Source: the human T2T-CHM13v2.0 reference genome, Homo sapiens
Reading direction: 5' to 3'
Length of the DNA: 64,000 nucleotides
Assembly (NCBI GenBank): GCA_009914755.4
Contig: CP068257.2
Coordinates: 21,504,001-21,568,000, forward strand
The notes below the pieces were generated by a model. It was not told the DNA's origin. It saw nothing but the letters and a program-made list of their open reading frames with translations, and made no database searches. Below, one piece after another: positions 52,375 to 64,000 of this stretch (positions are counted from its first letter, which is position 1; each line of letters opens with the position of its first letter). A program made the translations under genes and the position numbers.

Positions 52375-53005
52375 ACAGTGTTGGTGAGAATGTAAATTAG
52401 CTAAACCACTGTGGAAAGCAGTTCAGAGGTTTCCCAAAGAACTTAGAACTACCATTGGACCCAGCTATCTCGTTACTGAGTATATATACCCAAAATAAAA
52501 TAAATCATTCTGCCAAAACACACATGTGCTCGGATGTTCATCACAGCACTATTCACAATAGCAAAGATATAGAATCATCCTACGTACCCAACAATGGCGG
52601 ACTGTATAAAGAAAATGTGGTACATATAGCCCGCAGGATACTATACAGCCAAAAAACATGATCATGTCCTTCGTGGCAATATAGACACTGCTGGAGGCCA
52701 TTATCCTAAGAATCAACACATGAACAGAAAACCAAATATCACATGTTCTCACTTGTACGTGGAAGTTAAACATTGGTTAGAAATAGACAAAAAGATGGCC
52801 ACAATAGACAGTGGGGGCTACTAGAGGCGGGAGGAAGGGAGGAAGGCAGGGGTTTAAAAACTAACTATTGGATACTATGCTCACTATCTGGGTGATGAGA
52901 TCAATCACATCCCAAACCTCAGCATCGTGCAATATACACATATAGCAAACCTGTACACGTACCACCCGAATCTAAAAATAAGATGAAATTACTTTAAAAA
53001 GTTTA
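52375..53005 (+). mobile_element. L1 3' end fragment (ORF2 C-terminus plus 3'UTR)
   Basis: GTTGGTGAGAATGTAAATTAGCTAAACCACTGTGGAAAGCAGTTCAGAGGTTTCCCAAAGAACTTAGAACTACCATTGGACCCAGCTATCTCGTTACTGAGTATATATACCCAAAA..CATGTTCTCACTTGTACGTGGAAGTTAAAC..GCAAACCTGTACACGTACCACCCGAATCTAAAAATAAG, an L1 3' end of intermediate age. Confidence 0.8.
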
Positions 53006-53007
53006 AA

Positions 53008-53178
53008 AATAGCCAGGCACGGTGGCCCATGCATGTAATTCTAATTACTCAGGAGGCTGAAATGGGAGGATCACTTGAACCCAGGAGATTGAGGCTGCGC
53101 TAAGCTAGGATCATGCAACTCCACCCCAGCCTGGGTGACAGACAGACCCCCCTGTCTCTAATAAATAAATAAATAAAA
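53008..53178 (+). mobile_element. Alu right-monomer fragment (5'-truncated Alu or FRAM-like) with (AAAT)n tail
   Basis: AAAAATAGCCAGGCACGGTGGCCCATGCATGTAATTCTAATTACTCAGGAGGCTGAAATGGGAGGATCACTTGAACCCAGGAGATTGAGGCTGCG..CCCCAGCCTGGGTGACAGACAGACCCCCCTGTCTCTAATAAATAAATAAATAAAA. It abuts the end of the preceding L1. Confidence 0.7.
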
Positions 53179-54585
53179 TCCCAGTTATTTCAAATTTATT
53201 GTCAAATAGTTACTAGATGTGTGTCATTTCTGAGTCTGTTTCTGGTGATTGCTTTGCTTCTTGGCAACTTTTTAAAAAATATTTCCTTGTGTTTTTGTAT
53301 GTGTCGTAATTTTTGTTTGAAAGTCAGATATGGTGTGCAAGACAGTAGAAAATGAGAAAAAGAAAGGCAGTAAGCACATTTTTTTAAATTTTAAGCCTTT
53401 ATTGTGAGAATTAGTACGGGTTAAACCATTGGGATTTAGACTAGATTTTGTTTGTCTGTCTGTTTGTTTTGCTCTGGTTATCCTCAGAGCAACATAGACT
53501 ACAAATTCTCCTATTTCAGTGTTTCCTAGCCTTGGTGCCATTTACATTTTGTATTAGATAATCCACATTTTTATGGGGAGATTTCCTGTATGTTTTAAGA
53601 TGTTTAACAGCATTTCTGGTTTCTATATGTTAGATGCAAGTCATAAGAAAAAAAATCATTTGGAGATACTGTCAAATGTCTCCTGGGAGAGGAAAAGGTG
53701 ACCTGCTGGTAAGAACCATTGCTCTTGCTGTAACCTTATATTTAGATGAAAGGTGGTTTTCCAGAGGGTGTTTGTAAATGTTTGCACCACACTCAGCTCA
53801 GATTGTTCCTTTTATGCTGTGCCACAGAATGGGTATCATTTCATACACTTATCTCTCTCCTGCCCATCTCCCTTAGGTATTTTGCTATTACTTTTTACTT
53901 GATGCTGGTTAGTCCGCTGGTGAGGGGAGCAGTTGACAGATGTTTCTTTGCTGCTCAGATTAAACTTCAATGTTAGGCTGGCTCGTGCCCTGAGTGTTGA
54001 GGGCATGGCTTCCTCAGTGCTCCTGCGCCTCCATTGTTCTGAGCCAAGCACATATTTCTGCCCTTTCCTGTGGGTATGTGCTTTTTCCTCCTCCAGTTCT
54101 CTTTTGCCAAGTTCAGTGGCTTTTCACCAAGGTCATAATTTAAACATTATTTGTTGTCCTTTATTCACAAATGAACAGCAGCAACAAAAACTGTAAGTTG
54201 GAATAGAATCCCTCAATACCAGCATCCTACAGGAGTTACACACTTCCTGCCAGTCCACATTTTCCTCCACCTGTTCATTAAAACATCCTCATTGAATTAT
54301 TTTAACTGCCTATAGTTGTGTGTCCTCTGTGTACCGCATGCAAGCCAGTGCTTATGTCTCACGTCTCTCCACAAGTACATCTTCCCCTATTATTGAGTCA
54401 TTATTTATTCTTATTTTTTTTGCCTTGCAAGCTCACTTGGTCTAATAGGATCAAGAAAAGTCATAAATCTGCAGTCGGCCAGGATGCTTTTTATTGTATG
54501 GATAGGAGGAATACTCTTACCTGCTGTTTACACCCTTAGAAGAAACTTGAAGTGTGTCCAATGACTAACAAAGAATCATGATTGG

Positions 54586-54722
54586 AAGGTGGTAGTGGCT
54601 CATTCCTGTAATTCCAGTACTTTGGGAGGCAGAGACAGGAGGATTGCTTGAGCCCAGGAGTTCCAGACCAGCTTAGGGCCACATAACGATACGCCATCTA
54701 CACATAAAAGAAAACCAAAAAA
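54586..54722 (+). mobile_element. Free left Alu monomer (FLAM-like)
   Basis: GGAAGGTGGTAGTGGCTCATTCCTGTAATTCCAGTACTTTGGGAGGCAGAGACAGGAGGATTGCTTGAGCCCAGGAGTTCCAGACCAGCTTAGGGCCACATAACGATACGCCATCTACACATAAAAGAAAACCAAAAAAG. This is one monomer followed by an A-rich end. Confidence 0.6.
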
Positions 54723-55735
54723 GTTTTCTGTGTTGTTATTTAATGAAAGTCAGTTGAATAATGATGGTTTTACCAGCAGGATTTTGAGACCAAGTTTAAA
54801 AATTAACTGTGTAATCTTGGGTATTTGACTTTACCCAAACAAATTCAAATATATTTGAATTTGCTCATCTGCAAAATGAGGAAAAATATCATGGGTGCCT
54901 GTAAAAAGTTTAGAAACTTCAGAAAGGTTTTTAACCCATAGTAAGTCCCCAATAAATATAGATTAATATTGTCAGTCATTATTATCTAGGCTGACCACAT
55001 GATATCAGACATGTAACCTTACTTAGGCTCTTCTAGTTACACATATTGCTTATGAGTTTTTTCAGAAATCAATTCATGTACACATATAACACTGTCAGTA
55101 AAATTTCCACAGACCTAGGTAATCTTATTTAAAAATTAAGTCATCAGCTTTTTTATTGACTTTTTTCTTTTCTTTATGCCAAGTACATACCCTCTTCTCT
55201 CCTCCAAACTATTCTAGAGAAAAAAATAAAGTGATAAAGTGGATTCTTGTACAAAAAGACTTACCTTAAACTGTGTCTTTTTACTCTTTTAATATTTAAA
55301 TGTTACTAAAAATCTTTGAAAGTATATGAAAACATTTTTGAAAAGCTCTTTTTGCATAATAAATATTAGTCATCAACACGCTAAGTATTTTTTTCTTGAC
55401 AAAAATTATTTAAGAGCAGAATAATTTTTGTATAGATTTGGAACTCATCTTGCTAATGAAGATTTTTATAATTTATGTCATTTGGCTCATATTAAACAAT
55501 CTTTTGGTACTTAGTAAAAGTTAAGAATTAGAAGTGGATTCATTTATTTTAAATTTATGTGGTCACTAGCAGCTACTGTGTACATACTGCAAAATGCATG
55601 TAACTTGATTGCATAAAATGAATTTATGAAAAATTGTTGGTTCCCAAGGATTTCTTTAATGTGTTACATTAAATGCAAAAAGTTATAACATGATTGCTTT
55701 TTATTTTTTGCATTTTTTTTACATTGGTGTGCATT

Positions 55736-55741
55736 ATTATT

Positions 55742-55772
<31 letters not shown>

Positions 55773-56060
55773 TTTTAGACGGAGTCTCACTCTGTCGCCC
55801 AGGCTGGAGTGCAATAGTGCGGTCTTGGCTCACTGCAACCTCCGCCCCCCGGATTCAAGCGATTGTCCTTTCCTGCCTCAGCCTCCCCAGTAACTGGGAT
55901 TACAGGCGCCCGCCACCATGACTGGCTAATTTTTGTATTTTTAGTAGAGACGGGGTTTCACCATGTTGGCCAGGCTGGTCTCGAACTGCTGGCCTCATGA
56001 TCTGCCCGCCTAGGCCTCCCAGAGTGCTGGAATTACAGGCGTGAGCCACCACACCTGGCC
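55736..56060 (-). mobile_element. Alu SINE, full-length, young-looking, reverse orientation, with (TTTA)n tail
   Basis: (TTATTTATTT)n followed by TTTTTAGACGGAGTCTCACTCTGTCGCCCAGGCTGGAGTGCAATAGTGCGGTCTTGGCTCACTGCAACCTCCGCCCCCCGGATTCAAGCGATTGTCC..GGGATTACAGGCGCCCGCCACCATGACTGGCTAATTTTTG..GGAATTACAGGCGTGAGCCACCACACCTGGCC. It retains many CpGs. Confidence 0.9.
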
Positions 56061-56532
56061 ACTTGTTTTATTGCATAGTTATCTAGATGGTGAATTAAGG
56101 AAAAATGATACATTAAAATCATAGTATAATCTCCAAACCTTTGATGGTATTTACCTACAAGTAAAATCAAGAGTAACCCAAACACTAAAATGAAAACTTG
56201 GCACTGTATTTTTGTTACTATTTCCAATATTGCTCGTAGTTTGAAATAAAAACTTTATTATAATTTATACATTTAGTCTGTGACCTTCAATTAATTATAA
56301 TTTTCAACTAGTGTTACCTAGTTCCACAAAGCTGCATTTATGAAGTTTTCAGAATAAACACAATTTATTTTGCATGTAAATATAAAGTTGTAAATGCAGA
56401 TTAGTAACATTTTTAAGATATATTATGAAACAGGTACAATTTAGACAATTCAAGGTGGAGGAATTATTTAAAATTTAAAACGAGAAACAGATGGTACTTA
56501 GTTATATTTGATAGATCCTTTAAATTTCATCA

Positions 56533-56533
<1 letters not shown>

Positions 56534-56579
<46 letters not shown>
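56534..56579. repeat. (AT)23 microsatellite
   Basis: Uninterrupted ATATAT.. run of about 46 bp. Confidence 0.95.
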
Positions 56580-56581
<2 letters not shown>

Positions 56582-56967
56582 AACAAAAAGAGCAAGATGC
56601 TACATAGCTACATCATATCAGTTTTTAAAAACTCAGTTTTCTATTACAAATTTAACAGCTAAATTGGGTATTAAACACACTGTCAGAGTCAGACATAACT
56701 TTCTCTGGTTTTAATATAATTTATTAGCCACGATTTATAGGCCATTAAAAGCATTTTGAAGTTGCTGAAAACAATATACTGTTTCCACCATATATTTTAT
56801 TAGAGCTACAAGATAATAGGTTTCTTATGACAATAATAGTCATAATAAAATACAATGAAAAAAGTTTATGGCTTTCATTGAAAAAAAAGTAGATTTAAAT
56901 AAGAACAGTATCTTTATATCCATAGTTCAATAATTTTTCTGAAACCTACTGCACAGACCTGTAAATG

Positions 56968-57315
<348 letters not shown>

Positions 57316-58800
57316 TAAAATAATACACTGGATTTTCCTATGTGCATTTTGATGTTTTTGTTCTAGTAAATAAAGGAAAACCATCCACTACATCATCATA
57401 AAGAAGAATTCTTTCAGTTTTGCTTGAGTGCAGGTGGTATAGCCTTCTGCTGACTTTTAATCATCCATAAAAATATTTATAAATAAAATATGTTTTTCCA
57501 AGCTTCGGGCCATTGAAGTCATTATATTCATAAATAAAACAAGAGCTTATGCATAGTTATCCAGTACAGAAGACAAGAAATGACTTTCCATCCTAATATT
57601 AATTAGCAAATATTTGTTTAAATTACAATTAATAAATTATAAACCTATCATATTTACAAATATTTTGAACATATTAATTATTTATTTTATTGTGAGCAGT
57701 AGTACCTTAATCCTGAATTGCTCTAAGTTCATTCTTGTGACTATTTATATAAACTTTTTCAAAATTCCCATAATTTATCTTTCTAATTAAAATATAGTTT
57801 ACTCTAAAGTAGTCCTATCTGAAAAATACATTATTATAATGTTAATATTATGTAATATTATTTGCAAAAAATACATAAGTTATATATATTCATGAGGTTC
57901 CTAGATACTGAATTTAAAAGAATGATTAAAGGGCATTCCACAAATATCTTCTTTAATTTGTGATTGTGAATTTCCATTTGAAACAACAAATTAGAAAAAT
58001 AAATTAAGCATCATAAATATCATGTCAGAGAAATTGTTCTCTGTAATAATAATTACATGTATTATAAAAATCATAACTGTAATAAACAGTATAATGAAAG
58101 GAAAGACTATTTCTCTAATTTTCAAAAATGAAATATTGAACTAATGAATAGATTCTTAAGATAAGTCTTGTTATTACTGGAGAGATCTTATAATTTTTTC
58201 AAATTATTCATTACCTAAGGAAATCATGTTTTTTCTTAGTCTACCTATAGTTTTTGATGAAATGATTAATAATCAAAGGTGCTTATTTCTCACTGAAGCG
58301 AGCAACTCAGTGTTGTTCTAGAGTGTTGTGGGAAAAGTGATTTTCTTTTGTTGTATTTCTCGATAGAAAAATTTTGCTATGATATTTCTACTGTAGCTTA
58401 TTTAATTTTTTTCCAATGTTGTGAAGCTATGGCTCAGGCCAATGGGTGAAGAAAGATATATAGGACTATAATCGTTTTGACAACTCCATATGACTGTGAG
58501 CCTTTTGATAAGGCTAGTCATCATCTGACCACTTAGAATTGAATAAAATTTTGAGGAACAAGGTTTTTAGTACAATGATGTATTACTTTCTTCATATATC
58601 CACAGTATTTTTACCTAACAGATTCATGGAAGAATGATGATGTATGCCAGAACACCAGATTTGATCAATCTTTGAGATTAGGTAATAATAAGACCCTTAA
58701 CCTAACTTTACTCAATTATTTTGCTGTTTCCTTTTAGAATTAGTTTGATAAAAATTGTGGAATATTTTTATCTCTATTAAAATAAACTAATAACATATCT

Positions 58801-59152
58801 TAATCCATTTGTGCTACTACAACAAAATACCAGAGATTGGGTAATTTAGAAAAAACATAAGTTTATTTTCTCAGTCTGGAGGCTGGGAAGTTCAAGATCT
58901 AAGTGCTGTTAACTTGTGTCTGGTGAGGGCCTTCTTGCTGCCTCCTTCCATGGTGGAAGGCAAAAAGGCGAGTAGATGAACTCCCTTCATCAAGCTCTTT
59001 CATAAGGGTACCCAATCCCATTCATGAAGGGATTGGGCCTAATCATGGTAATTAGCTGATCATGACCTAATTGCTACTTAAAGTCTCCACCTCTTATACT
59101 GTCACATTGGCAACACTTGAATTTTGGAGGGAACACATTCAGACCATATCCA
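58801..59152 (-). mobile_element. MaLR LTR (MLT1/MST-type), reverse orientation
   Basis: CCAGAGATTGGGTAATTTAGAAAAAACATAAGTTTATTTTCTCAGTCTGGAGGCTGGGAAGTTCAAGATCTAAGTGCTG..TGTCTGGTGAGGGCCTTCTTGCTGCCTCCTTCCATGGTGGAAGGCAAAAAGGCGAG..CATAAGGGTACCCAATCCCATTCATGAAGGGATTGGGCCTAATCATGGTAATTAGC..ACATTCAGACCATA. This is the classic MaLR LTR in reverse complement. Confidence 0.75.
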
Positions 59153-59949
59153 GCAGATAAAAAAGTGAAAATAAAACACAGACAGAACATATAACAAAGC
59201 TCCCATCCCACATGAATTAGTACCGTGAGAATTTATCTTATATAATTAACATAGCACTTACCTAGAATATATGAATCCTCGAACTTATGTGTTAATTCTT
59301 GATCTCAATGCTAAGGCTTGAATCTTCAATTCATGTGACTGTTTGATTAATCCTCATGAATACTTGACCGTTTTTACAAAATCAATATTTTGACTTTTTG
59401 TATCACGTGTGTTCTATTCCTTTCTGAAATTTCTTAACACAGCTGACAAACACAGGTACAAAGATTTATAGCTTGGGTTCTGAACTGAGCTACTTTGATA
59501 TGAATCTAAAAAGACATGCCATATTAAAATATGCCTTTAGTCTACAGCCAATTAAAGAAATTAGTGTTAAAAGAAGAAATCTGGGTGATTCTGAGATTTA
59601 GTTTATAATCTGGGAGGAGTGCAAATATTATTAATATTATAAATTAGTAGTATGAACCATAATAATAAAAATAATAAAGCTTCTCATGTAAACTCCCCAA
59701 ATATAATAATTGTTTTATAGGTATCTGACTCAGGGCAGAAAATAGATCAGCTTTATAATATTGACTGTCTAATGACTACAACTTCCTTTGTTTTAATAAA
59801 AAATTAAGATGGCCAAATAACAATGAAATTGTGACATTCAAATATACTTTTCAATTATAAGCACTGAGGCACCCCAAACTCTGTGGGCACAACTTTTTTT
59901 GTTTTACTCCAACTTTAACAATATTTTTTTTTAATCACTCAAATAAAGA

Positions 59950-61117
59950 ATTAAATTAACCAAGTCAAGATGGATTAAAGACTTAAACATAAGACCTAAA
60001 ACCATAAAAACCCTAGAAGAAAACCTAGGCAATACCATTCAGAACATAGGCATGAGCAAAGACTTCATGACTAAAACAACAAAAGCAATGGCAACAAAAG
60101 CCAACATTGACAAATGGGATCTAATCAAACTAAAAAGCTTCTGCATATCAAAAGAAACTATTATCAGAGTGAACAGGCAACCTACAGAGTGGGAGAACAT
60201 TTTTGCAATCTATCCATCTGACAAAGGTATAATATCCAGGATCTTAAACAAATTTACCTGAAAAAAACATACAACCCTATGAAAAAGTGGGCGGAAGATA
60301 TGAATAGACACTTCTCAAAAGAAGACATTTATGTGGCCAAAAAACATGAAAAAAAGCTCATCATCACTGGTCATTAGAGAAATGCAAATCAAAACCACAA
60401 TGAGACAGCATGTCACGCCAGTTAGAATGGTGATCATTAAAAACTCAGGAAACAAAAGATGCTGGCAAGGCAGTGGAGAAATAGGAAAGCTTTTACACTG
60501 TTGGTGGGAGTGTAAAATAGTTCAACCATTGTGGAAGACAGTGTGGAGATTCCTCAAGGATCTAGAACCAGAAATACCATTTGACCCAGCAATCCGATTA
60601 CTGGGTATATACCCAAAGGATTATAAATCATTCTACTATAAAGACACATGCACATGTATGTTTATTGTGGCACTGCTCACAATAGCAAAGACAAGGAACC
60701 AACCCAAAAGCTCATCAGTGATAGACTGGATAAAGAAAATGTGGCACATATACACCAAGGAATACTATGAAGCCATAAAAAGGATGAGTTCATGTCCTTT
60801 GCAGGGACATGGATGAATCTGGAAACCATGATTCTCAGCAAACTAACACAGGAACAGAAAACCAACACAGCATATTCTCACTCATAAGTGGGAGTTGAAC
60901 AATGAGAACACATGGACGCAGGGAAGGGAACATCACACACTGGGGCCTGTCAGGGGGTGGAGGGCTAGGGGAGGGATAGCATTAGGAGAAATACCTAATG
61001 TAGACAACGGATTGGTGGGTGCAGCAAACCAACATGGCACGGGTGTACCTACAAAACAAACCTGCACATCCTGCACGTGTATCCTAGAACTTAAAGTATT
61101 ATAATAATAATAATAAG
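59950..61117 (+). mobile_element. L1 (L1PA-like) 3' end: ORF2 C-terminus plus 3'UTR with (ATA)n/A-rich tail
   Basis: ..CCAAGTCAAGATGGATTAAAGACTTAAACATAAGACCTAAAACCATAAAAACCCTAGAAGAAAACCTAGGC.. through ..AAACCTGCACATCCTGCACGTGTATCCTAGAACTTAAAGTATTATAATAATAATAATAAG. It starts at almost the same L1 position as the 20817 segment. Confidence 0.9.
60052..60816 (+). pseudogene. L1 ORF2 C-terminal remnants (two ORF-track entries, 69 and 161 aa)
   Basis: [59 protein letters not shown].. and ..[134 protein letters not shown], which is canonical L1 ORF2. Confidence 0.9.
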
Positions 61118-64000
61118 CAGGGTTTAATTTGAACTGGTTAATGCATGTGTTTTAATTACTTGTGTTCCTCCAATCAAATGTTTGCTGCTTTAAAATTTTT
61201 CATATTTTAATTACCTGGTCAATGATGAATACAATATCTGAATATATTTTTGTCTGTTTTTACTTTAACATCAATAACGTCATAACTTAAATTTGTTGTT
61301 TCATACTTAGTAATATATAAGCCAAAATTCGGGAGTTAGGCTTTAAAGCTAAAGCTTTAATATTAATGTTGTACGGTAAGAAAAAGAGCCGATGCTAGGT
61401 ATTTCTATGTTTTATCTGGACTGTGATATAAATTAGCTTTACCATTTTAAGTGATTTTCATGTTGTATTCAGGGAAGCAATGCCATTAAATGATCAGAAT
61501 AGATTAAAACACTTTCATGTTTTCAAAGTATAAACCTAGTAAAGAGCATCTTCTGTTTTTCTATATACTCATAATTGTATAAAGCCACCAGTTTAAGCTA
61601 TTAAAAGTATCCATGCCATTCTACAAAACAAGACAAATACATTTATCTTGAACATGCTAAATATTGTCTGCACACAATTTCTACACTCAAACATTTTAGA
61701 TAAAATATGTTACTATTTCCTATTTATCAATGAATAAGAACATATTGGTTTGAGCTATCAGCAACAAGTATATTAAACATGTATTAACTTCCAAAAGAAA
61801 TAAGAATATGATGTAGTGGAGATATTAAATTATATTTCCAAAGAACTATATGACAATTTGTTGTCTTATAAGACTTCAATTACTTTGGATGGGGTTATAT
61901 ATCCCTCTAGACATTTTTTTTTGATAGAATGAACATATGGTTCTTAATTCAGCTAAACAAACACACATAAAAGAAATTTTAAAATATATGTTTTGTTTCA
62001 TTTTATCTCAATGGCCATAACTTTCTTATTCTTTGGAAGAATCAGCTAAATTAAGCATGGGCTATTTGAATGATTTTCTTGCAACAAGAGCTAAAAGACT
62101 GAACTGTCTTTCTGAAGCCATTGAGAAGACACTATTTCTTAGAATTTTAAAGTCTCTGGTTCAATTAGTGAAATAGTAGGAAAGTTCAGCTCTAGGGTGA
62201 AGAAGATGTTTCAAAACCTGCTAGGGGAAAGTTACAAGTCTGCATTCACATGCTCTAAGTTTTTGTCAGAAATGGGATTTGGGGGGTTATTTGACTGTCC
62301 TTATCAGGTTAAATATTACTGAGACCTGATGTTAGAATTACTGTTATAATAAATGAGAAAATATAAAATAAAGCCAGAGAGAGGGAGAGAAAGAGAGAGA
62401 GAGAGAATGAATAAGGCCAAAGGAATGTGTTGCTTTTCCCACCTCTCAAACAGTTTAGCCTTCTGAAACCTACATTTCCTGGTATTACAAAGTGAATTAT
62501 ACAGTGTGTAAGAAAAAATTCCTTCCCTGAAGCATTATGGCAAACCTGAAACAATTTCAGGTCTGACATCTCCCGCAGCTGAATCTGATGAGAAACAGAT
62601 CAAAGTCAAGGTGAATGTTTTTCCTTATTTCCCCCCTGAGAGTGGAAGCTGGATTGTGTAACAATTGGTACAAAAACCTGCTACCAGCAACAGTAGAAGC
62701 GGTAATTCAAAACAATCCAAGTTTATAAAGAAAAGCATTAACAATGTTGCCTTTTTAATTTTAGTCTTACCACTGTGCAATTTTGCTTTCCAACAAAGAA
62801 ATTAGATGACACTAGAGAATTACATGACATATGTATTCAATTTTGGGTAACTTCCATTTTACATAAGTTGTTTTTAATATAAAAATTATGTTTTAATGGA
62901 TGGATATAGATTTCCCTGGAGAAAATCTTATGACTTCGTAGGAATAGGAGAGTGAAATCAAGAAAGTAATAATTATCAGGTATGATAAGGTTTTAAAAGG
63001 AGTTCCTACACATAAACTCTTTGTAAATGGCAAATTAAAGATTCTTAAATTTTCACTAGCATTAGCCCAAACTGAAGGAGCTTAGAATACAGATTTCTAG
63101 CCCTATAACTCTGAGATTCTAGTTGATTAGTTCTTGCTGGAAATCTGAATTTTAACATCACCTGAGAGGTGATTTCTGATGCAGTTGTTGCATGGACTCT
63201 ACTTGAAGGAACACTATGATAAATGCCAATTGCATGAAAAGCAGACAAGGAGACAAAAACAAAGTTATGCCATGTGAAGGGCAGTGTCTGTATTCCTAGC
63301 TACTACCATGCTACTGATCTAAAATGATTCCCCTATGTTGCTCTTCCTTTATCAGTATTTCTCATCCAACTCATTCTCTCTAAGGAAAAGCACCTGCGAA
63401 ATGTGATTCTTCATAATAGAAGAAGCCAACTTACTCTGTAAGATTCATATCACAAATACATAATTTTAACCAAGTTTTCTTTTATTTTTGTTCAACTTTA
63501 TGGAGAACTAATCATTAAAGAAATTTTGAAGGCTGTAATTCAAATGTGCATCTTTTAGATACTCTAACCCATCATAATCTTTCGGTTTTCTAAATATTTT
63601 CTAACTTCCTAGAAAATAAGTTTCCAAAAAAATTTACTTTCTAAAAATTAGTACTTGAAAATTTCATTTTAGTGCTAAATTAATGAGTTACTCAGCTCCA
63701 TTGCTGGTGTGGCTTTGCTACTACAATCCTGACAAAAATGTAAATGAAGGTTCTGTCCCCAAGTACATGTTGGAGCCAAGAAATGTCTTGTCCTCAAACT
63801 GCTCTTGGTTATTTTGGTCTCAGTGTGTAACTATATACGTTTCTACTTGTGGGCACACTGACCTGAATTTGAAGTTGTTGTTTTTCCCTACTTTCTCCAA
63901 GATAAGTAACCATATAAAAGTCCTTAGGTATCATTCAGTTAGTATTTCCAAATATAACTCCCCTCACCCAATATTATATTTCTTTTACCTGGCAAGTTTG

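Noticed and set aside
60331-60816. Longest ORF in the window (161 aa)
   Set aside because: Canonical L1 ORF2 C-terminal sequence (REMQIKTTMR..HCWWECK..WKTVWRFLKDLE..), part of a 5'-truncated L1 rather than a host gene.

Overview
This window is primate (almost certainly human) nuclear DNA, not a prokaryotic locus. It contains Alu SINEs (ten near full-length copies plus several monomer fragments) and several LINE-1 pieces whose ORF1/ORF2 remnants are recognisable. It also contains MaLR LTRs of MLT1/MST/THE1 type, a pogo/Tigger-type DNA transposon fossil, and simple-sequence repeats. Strong CpG depletion outside young repeats and a (TA)n/(CA)n microsatellite style fit a mammalian genome. I see no operons, rRNA or tRNA genes, CRISPR arrays or bacterial-type regulatory signals. 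I also see no convincing protein-coding gene: every ORF of 60 aa or more in the six-frame track lies inside an Alu, an L1 (ORF1/ORF2 or 5'UTR), the Tigger transposase remnant, or an AT-rich tandem repeat. The rest look like chance ORFs in AT-rich sequence. By eye the region is AT-rich, CpG-poor and gene-poor (a deep intron or gene desert), and I estimate interspersed repeats at roughly 40-50% of it. I found no novel biological system. The structurally notable items are: a large imperfect inverted repeat of AT-rich minisatellite with a perfect 44-nt reverse-complement core; an L1 insertion with the 5'-inversion architecture typical of twin priming; a short 5'-truncated young Alu with a perfect 14-bp target-site duplication; a Tigger transposase pseudogene with a preserved N-terminal HTH and an ANAAG-motif catalytic fragment; an old L1 retaining three tandem 5'UTR repeat units; and two weak candidate exons. 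All coordinates were read by hand from the sequence and may be off by a few bases. All family calls are from memory of consensus sequences, not from a database search.
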